Below are positions 16,576 through 26,222 of a stretch of DNA of 32,000 bases, piece by piece. Position numbers and translations under genes: made by a program. The notes below the pieces were generated by a model, which worked only from the letters and a program-made list of their open reading frames with translations, ran no database searches and had not been told where the DNA came from. Source of the stretch: Synechococcus elongatus PCC 6301 (GTDB taxonomy: Bacteria > Cyanobacteriota > Cyanobacteriia > Synechococcales > Synechococcaceae); NCBI RefSeq assembly GCF_000010065.1, contig NC_006576.1, positions 2,370,001 through 2,402,000 on the forward strand, written 5' to 3'. The stretch's first letter is position 1; every line of letters starts with the position of its first letter.

Positions 16576-19317
16576 TTCATGCCCGGTTGATACAGCGAGA
16601 AAACTATCGATTTCAACGGCTGGTAACGGTCGGCTAAACCAGTAGCCCTGTCCGTATTCGCAGCCAATTGCCTTAAGAAATTCAACCTGCTCAGCGGTTT
16701 CAACTCCTTCGGCAACCGCTTGCATTCCCAACCCGTGAGCCATCGCCACAATCGTTTTAACAAGGGCACAACTTTCGGTGGAATGGGGAATATCTCTGAG
16801 GAAGCTTTGATCGACCTTCAGCGATTGAAATGGATACCGTCGCAGATAGCTAAGGGCAGAGTAACCCGTTCCAAAGTCATCAAGGGCGAGGGCAATTCCT
16901 TTGCGATGAAGAGTATCCAGCATTTGCGCAATAGTCGAGGTATTATCGAGCAGCATTTGCTCGGTAACTTCGAGCTTGAGATAGTTCGGTCGAAAGTTAT
17001 GTCTTTGTAGGATTTTAGCTGTAATTTGGGTGAAGCGATTGCTGCGCAATTGCCGAGGTGAAAGGTTGACCGCAACCCAAAATGGATAGTTGTATTTCTG
17101 TTGCCAAATAGCAACATCTTGGCAGGCTTGTTCGATAACTCGATAGCCCAGAGGAATAATTAAACCGGTCTCTTCAGCGATGGGGATAAAGCGATCGGGG
17201 GGGATGTTACCCAGCTCAGGATCATGCCAGCGTGCCAGAGCTTCAAGGCCAACCACATGATTATCTTGCAAACTGATGATCGGTTGATAGAAAACCTTTA
17301 GTTGGTACTGCTCTAGGGCATGTCGTAGATGAGTTTCAAGTTGAATGCGGGCGTGAGCTTCAGCATTCATCGTCGGCATAAAGAGCTGGAAGTCATTGCC
17401 GCCATTACGCTTAGCGCTATACATCGCGGTATCAGCGTTGCGCATCAAAACTTCTGGCGTGACGCCATCGTTGGGATAGCAGGCAACACCAATACTTGCC
17501 GTGATCACGAGCTCCTCAGCCTCAATAGTGATTGGCTGAGAAATAATCTTGAGGAGCTGTTGAGATAGTTTTTCTAGGTGGATATTTTCCTTGACGGCAG
17601 GGCAGATAATCAGAAACTCATCACCCCCAAGGCGTGAAATAGTAATTTCTCGCGGGAGATGATAACGCAGCCGCTTCGCTATTTCTTGAAGCAGGCAGTC
17701 GCCATAGGAATGCCCCAAAGTATCATTGATATTTTTAAAGCGATCGAGATCGAGCAACATCACAATGACAGTATCGTTGCTGCGCTCACTCAAAGCAGTT
17801 GCTTGTCGCAGTCGATCAAGGGCAAGACTGCGGTTAGGCAGATCGGTTAAGCTATCATAATTAGCTTGATGATCAAGCAACTCGCGGTTCCGTTTTTGCT
17901 CAGTGATATCTTCTTTGACAGCAACAAAATGAATGATCTGTCCTGCTAAGTCCTTGACAGGCGAAATCGATGTGCGATCCCAAAAAAGCTCACCTGTTTT
18001 GCGCCGATTGTAAAGCTCACCGCGCCAAGTTTCGCCAGCCGTGATCGTCTCCCAAAGGTCTTGATAAAAACTAGGAGACATCAAGCCTGACTTGAGAAAG
18101 CGAGGATTTTTACCAATCACTTCATCAGCACCATAGCCAGTCATGAGTTCAAAGGCAGGATTAACATATTCGATGATGCCTTCGGCACTAGTAATCAAAA
18201 TACTGGCAGGGCTATTTTCAGTTGCTTCTTGTAGTAATTTCAGGCGCTGCTGAGTCTGCTGGAGACTGGTAATATCGGTGAGAAGTGCGAGATAAGCTTT
18301 GGATTGCTGCCAAGGAATTGGTACGATCGAGACTTCGACATAGCGTAGGCTGCCGTCCGGTTGCACCAGATCGAGCTGAACCGTGACGTTAAGGGTTAAC
18401 GGCAGCCCTAAATACTTACCTTGTAATTCGCTGAGGGATTGATCAAAGACTTGCTCAGCGACATGGTTGGCGAAGAGGACAGCACCTTGCTCATCGAGGA
18501 CAAGAATACCGTTGGGATTGCTTTCAATCAGGACTTGAAAACGGGTTTCGCTATCTTGAACGAGGCTGAGAATATGATGCTCTTCAGTAATATCTCGGAT
18601 ATTCCCTACTAAGCTAAGCAGCTCGCCTGTCTCATCATGATGCAGCAGACAGTGGCATTCAAACCAGCGATCGCTATGAGCCGTTTTAACTGGAAAATCC
18701 CATAGATAATGCGATCGCTGATTGCCTAGAGAAATAGCATTGGCTTGAAGGCTTTCCAGCGAGCTATGACAATGCTGCAGAAAACTAGTGAGTGTAAAAG
18801 GTTCATGAAGAGAGCGGCCTATCTGCGTATAAATATGTGGCGGAGCAAGGAACTCATCTGCCTGACTTCGATTCCAGCTCCAGTGCCCAACTTTATGGCT
18901 GAGCCGCTGAACTTCTAGAGATTGGAGTTGTTGCCAATCGAGAAAGAGATTTTGATGAGAGTCTTGGCAGGAACCCGTGACGAGCAGGAAGCTGGCCTCT
19001 GACTCGACATCCGCAAGCCACTGTAATTCTAAGGTCAGGGGAATATGAACGACTTCAGTAGCCAAAGCCACTCGCAGCTGCTCAACTTGTGGCTCTAAGT
19101 TTTGGTCTAAGTGATTGCTAGCAAGAACTTTCTCAATGACCTGCTGGAGCCAGCTGGGAATCGACAGTGTATTGGGATCGCTAAGCAGACTAAGCTGTTG
19201 CGCCGAGGGACTGGCTAGCAAAAGTTGCCCTGCTGGCGTAAACAGCCATGTCAAAGCCTCGCCAGCGAGTTGCTGAACGTTGGCGGGCTCTAGAAAAGGC
19301 TGTAGCGGGGACGACAT
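16564..19317 (-). CDS. Multi-PAS GGDEF-EAL protein (c-di-GMP diguanylate cyclase/phosphodiesterase)
   Basis: 917 aa. PAS/PAC repeats are present, including a LOV-like PAS without the reactive Cys (GKNPRFLKSG...HFVAVKEDITEQK). The GGDEF motif is intact (RLGGDEFLII), as are the EAL motifs (GLEALARW, DDFGTGYS, KVDQSF). Confidence 0.92.
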   Translation of the reverse strand: MSSPLQPFLEPANVQQLAGEALTWLFTPAGQLLLASPSAQQLSLLSDPNTLSIPSWLQQVIEKVLASNHLDQNLEPQVEQLRVALATEVVHIPLTLELQWLADVESEASFLLVTGSCQDSHQNLFLDWQQLQSLEVQRLSHKVGHWSWNRSQADEFLAPPHIYTQIGRSLHEPFTLTSFLQHCHSSLESLQANAISLGNQRSHYLWDFPVKTAHSDRWFECHCLLHHDETGELLSLVGNIRDITEEHHILSLVQDSETRFQVLIESNPNGILVLDEQGAVLFANHVAEQVFDQSLSELQGKYLGLPLTLNVTVQLDLVQPDGSLRYVEVSIVPIPWQQSKAYLALLTDITSLQQTQQRLKLLQEATENSPASILITSAEGIIEYVNPAFELMTGYGADEVIGKNPRFLKSGLMSPSFYQDLWETITAGETWRGELYNRRKTGELFWDRTSISPVKDLAGQIIHFVAVKEDITEQKRNRELLDHQANYDSLTDLPNRSLALDRLRQATALSERSNDTVIVMLLDLDRFKNINDTLGHSYGDCLLQEIAKRLRYHLPREITISRLGGDEFLIICPAVKENIHLEKLSQQLLKIISQPITIEAEELVITASIGVACYPNDGVTPEVLMRNADTAMYSAKRNGGNDFQLFMPTMNAEAHARIQLETHLRHALEQYQLKVFYQPIISLQDNHVVGLEALARWHDPELGNIPPDRFIPIAEETGLIIPLGYRVIEQACQDVAIWQQKYNYPFWVAVNLSPRQLRSNRFTQITAKILQRHNFRPNYLKLEVTEQMLLDNTSTIAQMLDTLHRKGIALALDDFGTGYSALSYLRRYPFQSLKVDQSFLRDIPHSTESCALVKTIVAMAHGLGMQAVAEGVETAEQVEFLKAIGCEYGQGYWFSRPLPAVEIDSFLAVSTGHESIS

Positions 19318-19387
19318 GCTTAACCTACGAAGAGGAGGCGAACGCCCGAAATTAACACTGCTGTTTCATTGTGCGCCGAGTCAGTCT

Positions 19388-19417
19388 AAAAAGCCCAGAG
19401 ATTCTAATCTCCGGGCT
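19388..19417 (-). terminator. Rho-independent terminator downstream of heme oxygenase
   Basis: The minus-strand transcript reads AGCCCGGAGA-uuagaa-UCUCUGGGCU followed by UUUU. This is a 10-bp stem with one G-U pair. It lies 24 nt after the ho1 stop. Confidence 0.7.
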
Positions 19418-19440
19418 CTCAAGCTCAAGTAGGACAGTGA

Positions 19441-20157
19441 TTATTCGGCTGCAGTTGCTAACTCTGTGCTGCCGCGTACAAAACGGCGTGTCAGGGAATT
19501 AAAGAACATCTTGCCGATCGCTGCGACAAGATTTCCTTCTAGCTCTTGGAACATGGCCATATTCATCCCAAAAGCATCATTGGCTTCTTCAACAATGCGA
19601 TCGGCGGTTGCTTCATCAACTGGCAACGTGTCCATGGCTTGCCGATAGGTTTGTTTGAAGGCTTTTTCATCTTCAATCGCTTCGAACTCGTAGAAGGCGG
19701 TGCCTGCCCCGTCCAAGTTCATGCCGCGTTGCGCGATCGTTTTCAAGATTTGACCGCCCGACAGGTCGCCCAGATAGCGAGTATAGGCATGGCCAACCAA
19801 TAGCTCAGGTGCAGTGTTGGAGACCTCCCGAATACGAGCTACGTAGGATTGGGCTGCTTTGGAAGGTTGGATTTGTTGCCGCCAATCTTCACCGTAGTAG
19901 AAGGCGAGATCCCGCTCAAGGCTGGTCTTCCGATTCAGCACAGGAAAGTAGATGCCTGCAATTTTGTCGTTGTCGCGATGGCGTTCAAGCTCCTCTTCCA
20001 TGGCGGAGTAGACGAAGTAGAGGTTCGCGACCAGCTTACGGTAGGAGTTTTTCTCGACAACCCCTTTGAGGAAGCACTTCACAAAGCCGACGTTTTCGGC
20101 CATGGTGTGTGCCTTTTTGGTGCCTTCACGCAGTTTGGTTGCTAGATTCGCGCCCAT
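19441..20157 (-). CDS. ho1: Heme oxygenase 1 (biliverdin-producing)
   Basis: LATKLREGTKKAHTMAENVGFVKCFLKGVVEKNSYRKLVANLYFVYSAMEEE and GHAYTRYLGDLSGGQIL are canonical HO-1 blocks. The start MGANLATKL at 20157 gives about 239 aa. The ORF is open to 20241, but that extension is atypical. Confidence 0.92.
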   Translation of the reverse strand: MGANLATKLREGTKKAHTMAENVGFVKCFLKGVVEKNSYRKLVANLYFVYSAMEEELERHRDNDKIAGIYFPVLNRKTSLERDLAFYYGEDWRQQIQPSKAAQSYVARIREVSNTAPELLVGHAYTRYLGDLSGGQILKTIAQRGMNLDGAGTAFYEFEAIEDEKAFKQTYRQAMDTLPVDEATADRIVEEANDAFGMNMAMFQELEGNLVAAIGKMFFNSLTRRFVRGSTELATAAE

Positions 20158-20348
20158 GCTTATCAAGTCCAGTCCTTGTAGTACAGCGGCCCCGTTCAAC
20201 AGTTCGGAGCCTCGAAAAAAGGTTTTAATCGGGCTGGGCAAGATACCCGCCTAAAGGATCAAGGTAAACCGTTTTTTCTGAGCGTTGCCGTTAAGTTTCC
20301 TTACAGCGTGGCGATCGAGCCGGAATGGTTGGGGAGCAGGAGACTCGC

Positions 20349-21215
20349 ATGCGCTGCGGATTAATCGGAACTGGCTTACTGGGGACCGCGATCGCGGAAC
20401 GCTTGCTGACGGTTGGACAGCTGCTCACGGTTTGGAACCGAACGGCTGAACGGAGTCAGCCTTTAGTCGCTTTGGGGGCCACGATCGCCCCGACACCAGC
20501 CGCATTGCTAGCCGACTGCGAGGTTTGCCTACTCTTACTCAGTGATGCTGAGGCGATCGCTGCAACCCTATTGACGGAGGAATCGCGATCGCAACTTGTC
20601 GGCAAGACCATCATCCAGATGGGCACGATTTCGCCGGCTGAAAGTCGAGCGATCGCTGACCAAATCGCGGCGGCTGGTGGGCAATATTTGGAGGCACCGG
20701 TGCTGGGGAGCCTGCCAGAAGCACGCAACGGCACGCTGATCGTCATGGTGGGGGCTGAACCGGCTGTCTTTGAACAATGGCGATCGCTTTTGTGCCATCT
20801 CAGTCCTGAACCTGAATGGATTGGGCCTATTGGAACAGCGGCGACTCTGAAATTAGCGCTCAACCAATTGATTGGCTCATTGACCAGTGCCTTTGGCGGC
20901 AGTTTGGCGCTGCTGCAACGGAGTGGTCTAGCTGTAGAACCCTTCATGGCAATTCTGCGTCAGAGTGCGCTGTATGCCCCAACCTTTGATAAGAAGCTGT
21001 CGCGACTACTTAGCCATCAGTACGATAACCCCAACTTCCCAACGACTCACTTGGCGAAAGATCTCCGATTGTTCCGGGAAACTGCAGCGGATCTTGGGAT
21101 CACAACGGATGCAGTCGAAGGAGTTGAGTCCATTGTCCAAAAAGCGATCGCCCAAGGTTGGGGCGATCAAGATTATTCAGCCCTCTACGAGGCGATTAAT
21201 CCTGATTCAAACTAA
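20349..21215 (+). CDS. NAD(P)-dependent oxidoreductase, 3-hydroxyisobutyrate/6-phosphogluconate dehydrogenase-like
   Basis: A Rossmann motif sits at the N-terminus (MRCGLIGTGLLGTAIAERL). Family blocks are IIQMGTISP, YLEAPVLGS, and LKLALNQL. The ORF is open from 20325. Confidence 0.8.
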   Translation: MRCGLIGTGLLGTAIAERLLTVGQLLTVWNRTAERSQPLVALGATIAPTPAALLADCEVCLLLLSDAEAIAATLLTEESRSQLVGKTIIQMGTISPAESRAIADQIAAAGGQYLEAPVLGSLPEARNGTLIVMVGAEPAVFEQWRSLLCHLSPEPEWIGPIGTAATLKLALNQLIGSLTSAFGGSLALLQRSGLAVEPFMAILRQSALYAPTFDKKLSRLLSHQYDNPNFPTTHLAKDLRLFRETAADLGITTDAVEGVESIVQKAIAQGWGDQDYSALYEAINPDSN

Positions 21216-21219
21216 TCTG

Positions 21220-21726
21220 CTATTCACCAGTAGATCGCGATCTCCGTTGCTGAAACCAGTCACGGAGAAGCTGTCCACAAGGCTCAGCTAAGATGCCAGC
21301 CAGGACAGATAAATGATGATGGGAGACTGGACTATCAGGTAAATTGAGGAGCGATCGAATTGCCCCAGCTTTGGGGTCATCAGCGGCATAAATCAATTGC
21401 CCAAGCCTAGCCTGAATGATAGCTCCTGCGCACATAGGGCAGGGTTCAAGAGTGACGTAAAGGTGACAGTCACTAAGGCGCCAATCACCGATCCGAGCTG
21501 CTGCTGCCCGAATCGCTATTATCTCTGCATGGCCACAGGGGTCACGATCGCGTTCGCGACGGTTTTGTCCGGTGGCTAACAGGTGCCCTTGATGGACAAT
21601 CACTGCGCCAATTGGTATTTCGCCTGCTGTCCCTGCGATCACTGCCTGCTCGTAGGCGATCGTCATCCAGCGATGATGGGTTTCGTATTCGGGATTCGCG
21701 ATCGACGGTGGAGGAGGTGCAGCCAT
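21220..21726 (-). CDS. tadA: tRNA adenosine(34) deaminase
   Basis: The CDA zinc motifs HAEIIAIR and LEPCPMCAGAI are present. The ORF is open to 21783. ATG at 21726 (MAAPPPPS...) is the more plausible start. Confidence 0.88.
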   Translation of the reverse strand: MAAPPPPSIANPEYETHHRWMTIAYEQAVIAGTAGEIPIGAVIVHQGHLLATGQNRRERDRDPCGHAEIIAIRAAAARIGDWRLSDCHLYVTLEPCPMCAGAIIQARLGQLIYAADDPKAGAIRSLLNLPDSPVSHHHLSVLAGILAEPCGQLLRDWFQQRRSRSTGE

Positions 21727-21796
21727 GATCACGTTCCTTGAAGTATTAGGAATGTTGTCGTTCGGTGAGGGGCATCTGCCCAACCTATCGGGGGAC

Positions 21797-23167
21797 CTAT
21801 CGACTTAAGGCAGTTGCTTGCTGACAAGCTTGCAAAAAATTCTGAATTAACCAGGGCTTGCCTCCAAAGTGAAGATGGAGATAGGAGGCATGGAGATTGG
21901 GCTGACTGTAGCCTTCTCCATAGTGCAGAGATCCATCAAAGTTTTGGAGCTGGAAGAGCGGCTGTGCGATCGGCTCTCGCAGGCTGGAACGGTGGAATTC
22001 ATGACCCCAAACTACCTGTCCTTTTTGCAGCAAAGGACTCGCCTGTTGGGCTGTTGCTTCTCGATAGCCCAAGGTTAAGCGAGAACCCATTTGTGCTGTT
22101 GCTGCGATCGCTCCAACCATTGGATATTGCGTCTGCTCAAAGTCAATGATGTGCTGACGGAGATACATCAAACCGCCACATTCGGCATAGCAGGGAATCC
22201 CTTGAGTGATCGCAGTCTGCACGGCTTGACGTGCGAGTAAATTATCACTCAACTCAGCTGCAAAAACCTCAGGAAATCCACCACCTAGATAGAGTCCTTG
22301 GACACCTGCTGGGAGTTGTCGATCTTGAAGGGGACTCCACTCAATTAACTCTGCTCCAGCAGCACGTAGTAGATCGAAGTTGTCAGCATAGTAGAAATTA
22401 AAGGCCCGATCTCGAGCGATCGCAATGGGAACTGATGACTTTAGAGAGATTGATGGGGTGGTAGACTTGAAAGCCGTGCTATTTAAATCAGAATTTGAAA
22501 GCAATGGTTCTAGTCGATTCCAATCAAAACACTGTTGACCCAAAACAGCAAGACGATCGATGACCGATTGTAAGTGGGGGAGCTCCGATGTTGGAATTAG
22601 GCCCAAATGGCGATCGGGAATTTGAATCTCATCCTGTCTCCTTAGAACACCGAGAATTGGAATTTCTAAGGGCTCTAAAGCATCTTTCAGTAACTCTAAA
22701 TGACGATCGCTGCCAACCCGATTGAGGACAAGCCCAGCAATCTTGAGGCGAGAATCAAAGTTTTGATAGCCATAAGCGATCGCAGCGATCGACCGAGCAG
22801 TACTACTGCAGTTCAAGACTAGGAGGATTGGAAGATTGAGAATCCTAGCGATATGGGCAGTACTGGCAGTATCTGTTTTGCCAGTTAGACCATCAAACAA
22901 GCCCATCACACCTTCAACTAAAGTGTAGTCTGCGGTTTGGCTGTGCTGCTGAAAGCAATGTTGAACGTAATCCTCATCAGTCAGGATTGGATCTAAATTT
23001 CGACAATCTCGACCCGTCACAAATCGATGAAACATCGGGTCAATGTAGTCAGGTCCAACTTTGAAAGATTGAACAGATGCCTGACGAGCTTTCAGGGCAG
23101 CGAGTAAGGTGAGAGTCGTAGTAGTTTTGCCAACACCGCTACGTTCACCAGCAATAATGAGAGCCAT
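21797..23167 (-). CDS. cobB: Cobyrinate a,c-diamide synthase (CobB/CbiA)
   Basis: 456 aa. An N-terminal P-loop (GERSGVGKTTTTLTLL) with VGPDYIDP is followed by a C-terminal glutamine amidotransferase domain (YAECGGLMYL, GHEFH). Confidence 0.92.
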   Translation of the reverse strand: MALIIAGERSGVGKTTTTLTLLAALKARQASVQSFKVGPDYIDPMFHRFVTGRDCRNLDPILTDEDYVQHCFQQHSQTADYTLVEGVMGLFDGLTGKTDTASTAHIARILNLPILLVLNCSSTARSIAAIAYGYQNFDSRLKIAGLVLNRVGSDRHLELLKDALEPLEIPILGVLRRQDEIQIPDRHLGLIPTSELPHLQSVIDRLAVLGQQCFDWNRLEPLLSNSDLNSTAFKSTTPSISLKSSVPIAIARDRAFNFYYADNFDLLRAAGAELIEWSPLQDRQLPAGVQGLYLGGGFPEVFAAELSDNLLARQAVQTAITQGIPCYAECGGLMYLRQHIIDFEQTQYPMVGAIAATAQMGSRLTLGYREATAQQASPLLQKGQVVWGHEFHRSSLREPIAQPLFQLQNFDGSLHYGEGYSQPNLHASYLHLHFGGKPWLIQNFLQACQQATALSR

Positions 23168-23170
23168 CGG

Positions 23171-24871
23171 TTAGTAGTAGCGCGGGGTATAAAGCCAGTG
23201 GCGACCAGCTGATTCAAACTGACGCGTTTTACTAGAACCAATTAAGACAACGGTATTCATATCAACTAGATCAGCCGATAACTCAGCTAGATCAATGATT
23301 TGAATAGATTGCTTTTCTCGGCCAATGTTTCTCGCCAAGAGAACGGGTGTCTCTGGCGATCGCCAAGCCAACAGTAAGTCCCGTGCCGCCTCCAATTGCC
23401 ATCGTCTAGTTTGGGAGACTGGGTTATAAAACGCGATCGCAAAATCTGCCTGTGCTGCTGCTGTAATTCGTTCAGCAATAATCTCCCATGGCTTGAGAAT
23501 ATCCGAGAGAGAAATCGTGCAAAAATCATGACCAAGTGGTGCACCGACCTGGGCTGCAGCTGCCTGCATTGCAGAAATTCCTGGACAGATGCGAATATCA
23601 AGCGTTTGCCAATCTAGATTTTCTGCAGTTTCCAAGACTTCAAATACTGCTGCTGCCATCGCATAAATACCCGGATCGCCGGAAGAAATGACAGCAACCT
23701 GTCGACCGATAGCAGCTAAATCCAAAGCATATCGAGCTCGATCAAGCTCAACCCGATTATCAGAATCATGACGCTGGGTCTGAGGCGATCGCCAAGGCTC
23801 AGCTAGATTTAGATAGGTTTTATAGCCCACCCAATCAGTAGCGTGCTGCAGCATTTGTCGCGCTTCTGGAGTCAACCATTCGGCTGAGCCGGGGCCAAGG
23901 CCAACGATACTTACCCGTCCACAAGCTTGGCCAATTATTTCGGGTTGGATTGGTTCTTCTGCGATCGCAATAGCGATTGTGGAATTTTCAGCTAGTATTT
24001 GAATATCAGAGCCAAGGATGCGCCTAGCCTGGTCACTTGCTGTTGCTGTCGGTGATTCTCGAATCAAGCGGACAGAGACTTGAAATTTGGCAGCGATCGC
24101 TTGAAGAGTTGCATGATTAGCCAGTTCAAATGGCACTCCGATTAAAGCGATTGCATCAGGGGCAATCTGATTGTCTGATAATAAATGATCGATTGCGGAA
24201 ATAGTCTCAGAAATATCGAAATTATCTTGTGATTGGATGAAGATCCCAATGTTTTTAGAATAGTAAGTTAGACACTGAGGCGGTGGCTGCTGAAGCTGAT
24301 GTGTCACTTGAATACAATAGGTTGCTTCAGGATCAAAAGGTAGCCTTGTCGTTTTTAGCCAAGCTGCTTGGCCCTCAATCCGTACTGGCTGGCCATTGAG
24401 AAGATCCGCAATGAAAGTCTTAGCTGTGGACGGAAAGGCTAACTGATAGCCCGAGGGGGGGGATAAGAGAGTTGTTTGAAAGCGGATAGCCCCGGTCGTT
24501 GTGATCGCTGCATGTGATTGCAAAACTTGAGCAAGCTGCTGAGCCAGCTGATTCGCTCCTTGGAGACTACCGAGCAATGGAACCACCGAGCTGCCGTCTT
24601 CTGCGATTGCTAATACAGCAGGCTCTTGCCATTTGTTATTTAGGACTGGTGCCAAAGCTCTAATTAAAATCCCCGCCGAACAGATGCCAATAATAGTCTG
24701 ACCTTGCTGAAATAGGTTGCGAATCGTCTCTCCAAAATCCTGATAAGTTTGATCGGCAGACTCAGTCCGTTTCTGCAACCCATAGATCATGGAATCGGGC
24801 AAGCATTGTTTGACTTGAGTCGCTGTTGCAAAACTCAGCTCGTTCAGGATGACAATTGCGATCGTTGTCAT
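23171..24871 (-). CDS. Fusion protein: CbiG-like (cobalt-precorrin-5A hydrolase family) N-terminal part plus precorrin-3B C17-methyltransferase (CobJ/CbiH) C-terminal part
   Basis: 566 aa. The N-terminal half has the CbiG pattern (IGICSAGILIRALAP, VVPLLGSLQGANQLAQQLAQVL..AAITTTG). The C-terminal half has tetrapyrrole methylase blocks (VSIVGLGPGSAEWLTPEA, VISSGDPGIYAMA). It overlaps the upstream cobI stop by 4 nt. Confidence 0.88.
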   Translation of the reverse strand: MTTIAIVILNELSFATATQVKQCLPDSMIYGLQKRTESADQTYQDFGETIRNLFQQGQTIIGICSAGILIRALAPVLNNKWQEPAVLAIAEDGSSVVPLLGSLQGANQLAQQLAQVLQSHAAITTTGAIRFQTTLLSPPSGYQLAFPSTAKTFIADLLNGQPVRIEGQAAWLKTTRLPFDPEATYCIQVTHQLQQPPPQCLTYYSKNIGIFIQSQDNFDISETISAIDHLLSDNQIAPDAIALIGVPFELANHATLQAIAAKFQVSVRLIRESPTATASDQARRILGSDIQILAENSTIAIAIAEEPIQPEIIGQACGRVSIVGLGPGSAEWLTPEARQMLQHATDWVGYKTYLNLAEPWRSPQTQRHDSDNRVELDRARYALDLAAIGRQVAVISSGDPGIYAMAAAVFEVLETAENLDWQTLDIRICPGISAMQAAAAQVGAPLGHDFCTISLSDILKPWEIIAERITAAAQADFAIAFYNPVSQTRRWQLEAARDLLLAWRSPETPVLLARNIGREKQSIQIIDLAELSADLVDMNTVVLIGSSKTRQFESAGRHWLYTPRYY

Positions 24872-25572
24872 TGGGGCTGAGTCTGGCTAGGAATTAAAAT
24901 AAGTGCCCAGTAGGGAACTGCCTGAGGGTCAACCGTTTTAATGTCTAGGATCTGCTGATTTGCTTGAGTTGCCCGCTCAATATAACGTGCTCGATCAAGA
25001 AGATTAAGCTCAGCTAAAATAGATTTAACTTTGGCAAAATGACGGCCAAGTTTGATAATAATTGCAGAGTCAACCTGACTTAGGCGATCGCGTAAGGTCT
25101 CTGCATCTAGGGTCGCTGGCATGATGCTCAAGACATCATTTCGATAGGTGATCGGTGCCCCTAACATGGCTGCACTCGCAAAGGTTGAGGAAATACCAGG
25201 CACCACTTCAGTCTGAAACTGGTCGGCAAGGCGATTAAATAAATACATGAAGGTTCCATATAGCATGGGGTCACCTTCGCAGAGAACAGCTACGTCTTGT
25301 CCTGCGGTTAAATGCTGAGCAATCTTAATCGCTGCTTGATCGTAATAGGGTTGTGATGATCGCTCCACACTGAAGGGCAGAGGCATGGGAATTTCAATCT
25401 GATCTGTGCGGATATAATCTGCAACGATTGATCGCGCTAGGGCCTTGCCATTCTCTAGCGTCGGATAAGCAATCACAGGCACTTGCTTAAGAATCCGATA
25501 GGCTTTGAGCGTCAGTAGCTCTGGATCGCCAGGCCCAATGCCGAGCCCGTAGAGACGACCAGTAGAACTCAT
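24868..25572 (-). CDS. cobI: Precorrin-2 C20-methyltransferase (CobI/CbiL)
   Basis: 234 aa. GRLYGLGIGPGDPELLTLKA and LCEGDPMLYGTFMYL match the TP_methylase family. It overlaps cobH by 4 nt. Confidence 0.9.
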   Translation of the reverse strand: MSSTGRLYGLGIGPGDPELLTLKAYRILKQVPVIAYPTLENGKALARSIVADYIRTDQIEIPMPLPFSVERSSQPYYDQAAIKIAQHLTAGQDVAVLCEGDPMLYGTFMYLFNRLADQFQTEVVPGISSTFASAAMLGAPITYRNDVLSIMPATLDAETLRDRLSQVDSAIIIKLGRHFAKVKSILAELNLLDRARYIERATQANQQILDIKTVDPQAVPYWALILIPSQTQPQ

Positions 25573-26198
25573 AGTTCACTCTCCTGAGCGATCGCGTTCA
25601 CTGCTGCAGCCGCGATCGCACTGCCGCCGCGACGACCATGAAGGGTCATAAAAGGAACATTACGAGAGTTCTCAGCAAGGGCTTGCTTTGATTCGATAGC
25701 TCCGACAAAGCCAACTGGAAAGCCTAAGATCACAGCAGGGCGGTCAGTCGTTTCATCAAGGATTTCCAGTAAGCGAAAGAGCGCGGTGGGTGCATTGCCA
25801 ATGACAACAACTGAACCCTGTAATTGCGATCGCCATAGCTCCATTGCTGCAGCTGAGCGAGTGTTGTTAATTTGCTGTGCGATCGCGGGCACTTCGGGTT
25901 CATTCAAGGTACAAATCACTGGATTCTCAGCAGGTAATCGCTTACGGGTAATGCCATTGGCGACCATTTGAGAATCACAAAGAATAGGACATCCATCCTT
26001 GAGTGCTTGACGTCCTGAAACTAATGCTGTAGCTGAGGCTTCAAAGTCTTGAACAATGTCAGTCATCCCACAAGCGTGGATGAGACGGACTACAACCGTA
26101 GCCAAGTCCTCTGGCAAATGGCTAAGACAAGCCTCTTCACGAATAATGCAAAAAGACTTTTTATAGATGTCAGTGCCATTCCGAATGTAGTCGAACAT
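25569..26198 (-). CDS. cobH: Precorrin-8X methylmutase (CobH/CbiC)
   Basis: 209 aa. The blocks VVRLIHACGM, ILCDSQMV, VIGNAPTALFRLLE and GFPVGFVGA are typical of CbiC/CobH. Confidence 0.9.
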   Translation of the reverse strand: MFDYIRNGTDIYKKSFCIIREEACLSHLPEDLATVVVRLIHACGMTDIVQDFEASATALVSGRQALKDGCPILCDSQMVANGITRKRLPAENPVICTLNEPEVPAIAQQINNTRSAAAMELWRSQLQGSVVVIGNAPTALFRLLEILDETTDRPAVILGFPVGFVGAIESKQALAENSRNVPFMTLHGRRGGSAIAAAAVNAIAQESEL

Positions 26199-26222
26199 GT
26201 GCCGAGCTAATGTACTCCGAAT

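Noticed and set aside
19441-20241. Long N-terminal extensions in the maximal ORFs of ho1 (to 20241), tadA (to 21783), cobL (from 27834), the oxidoreductase (from 20325) and the adaptor (from 4196)
   Set aside because: Internal ATGs give N-termini that match the family consensus or a proper signal peptide. The extensions are non-conserved in character, and for cobL the extension overlaps the riboswitch.
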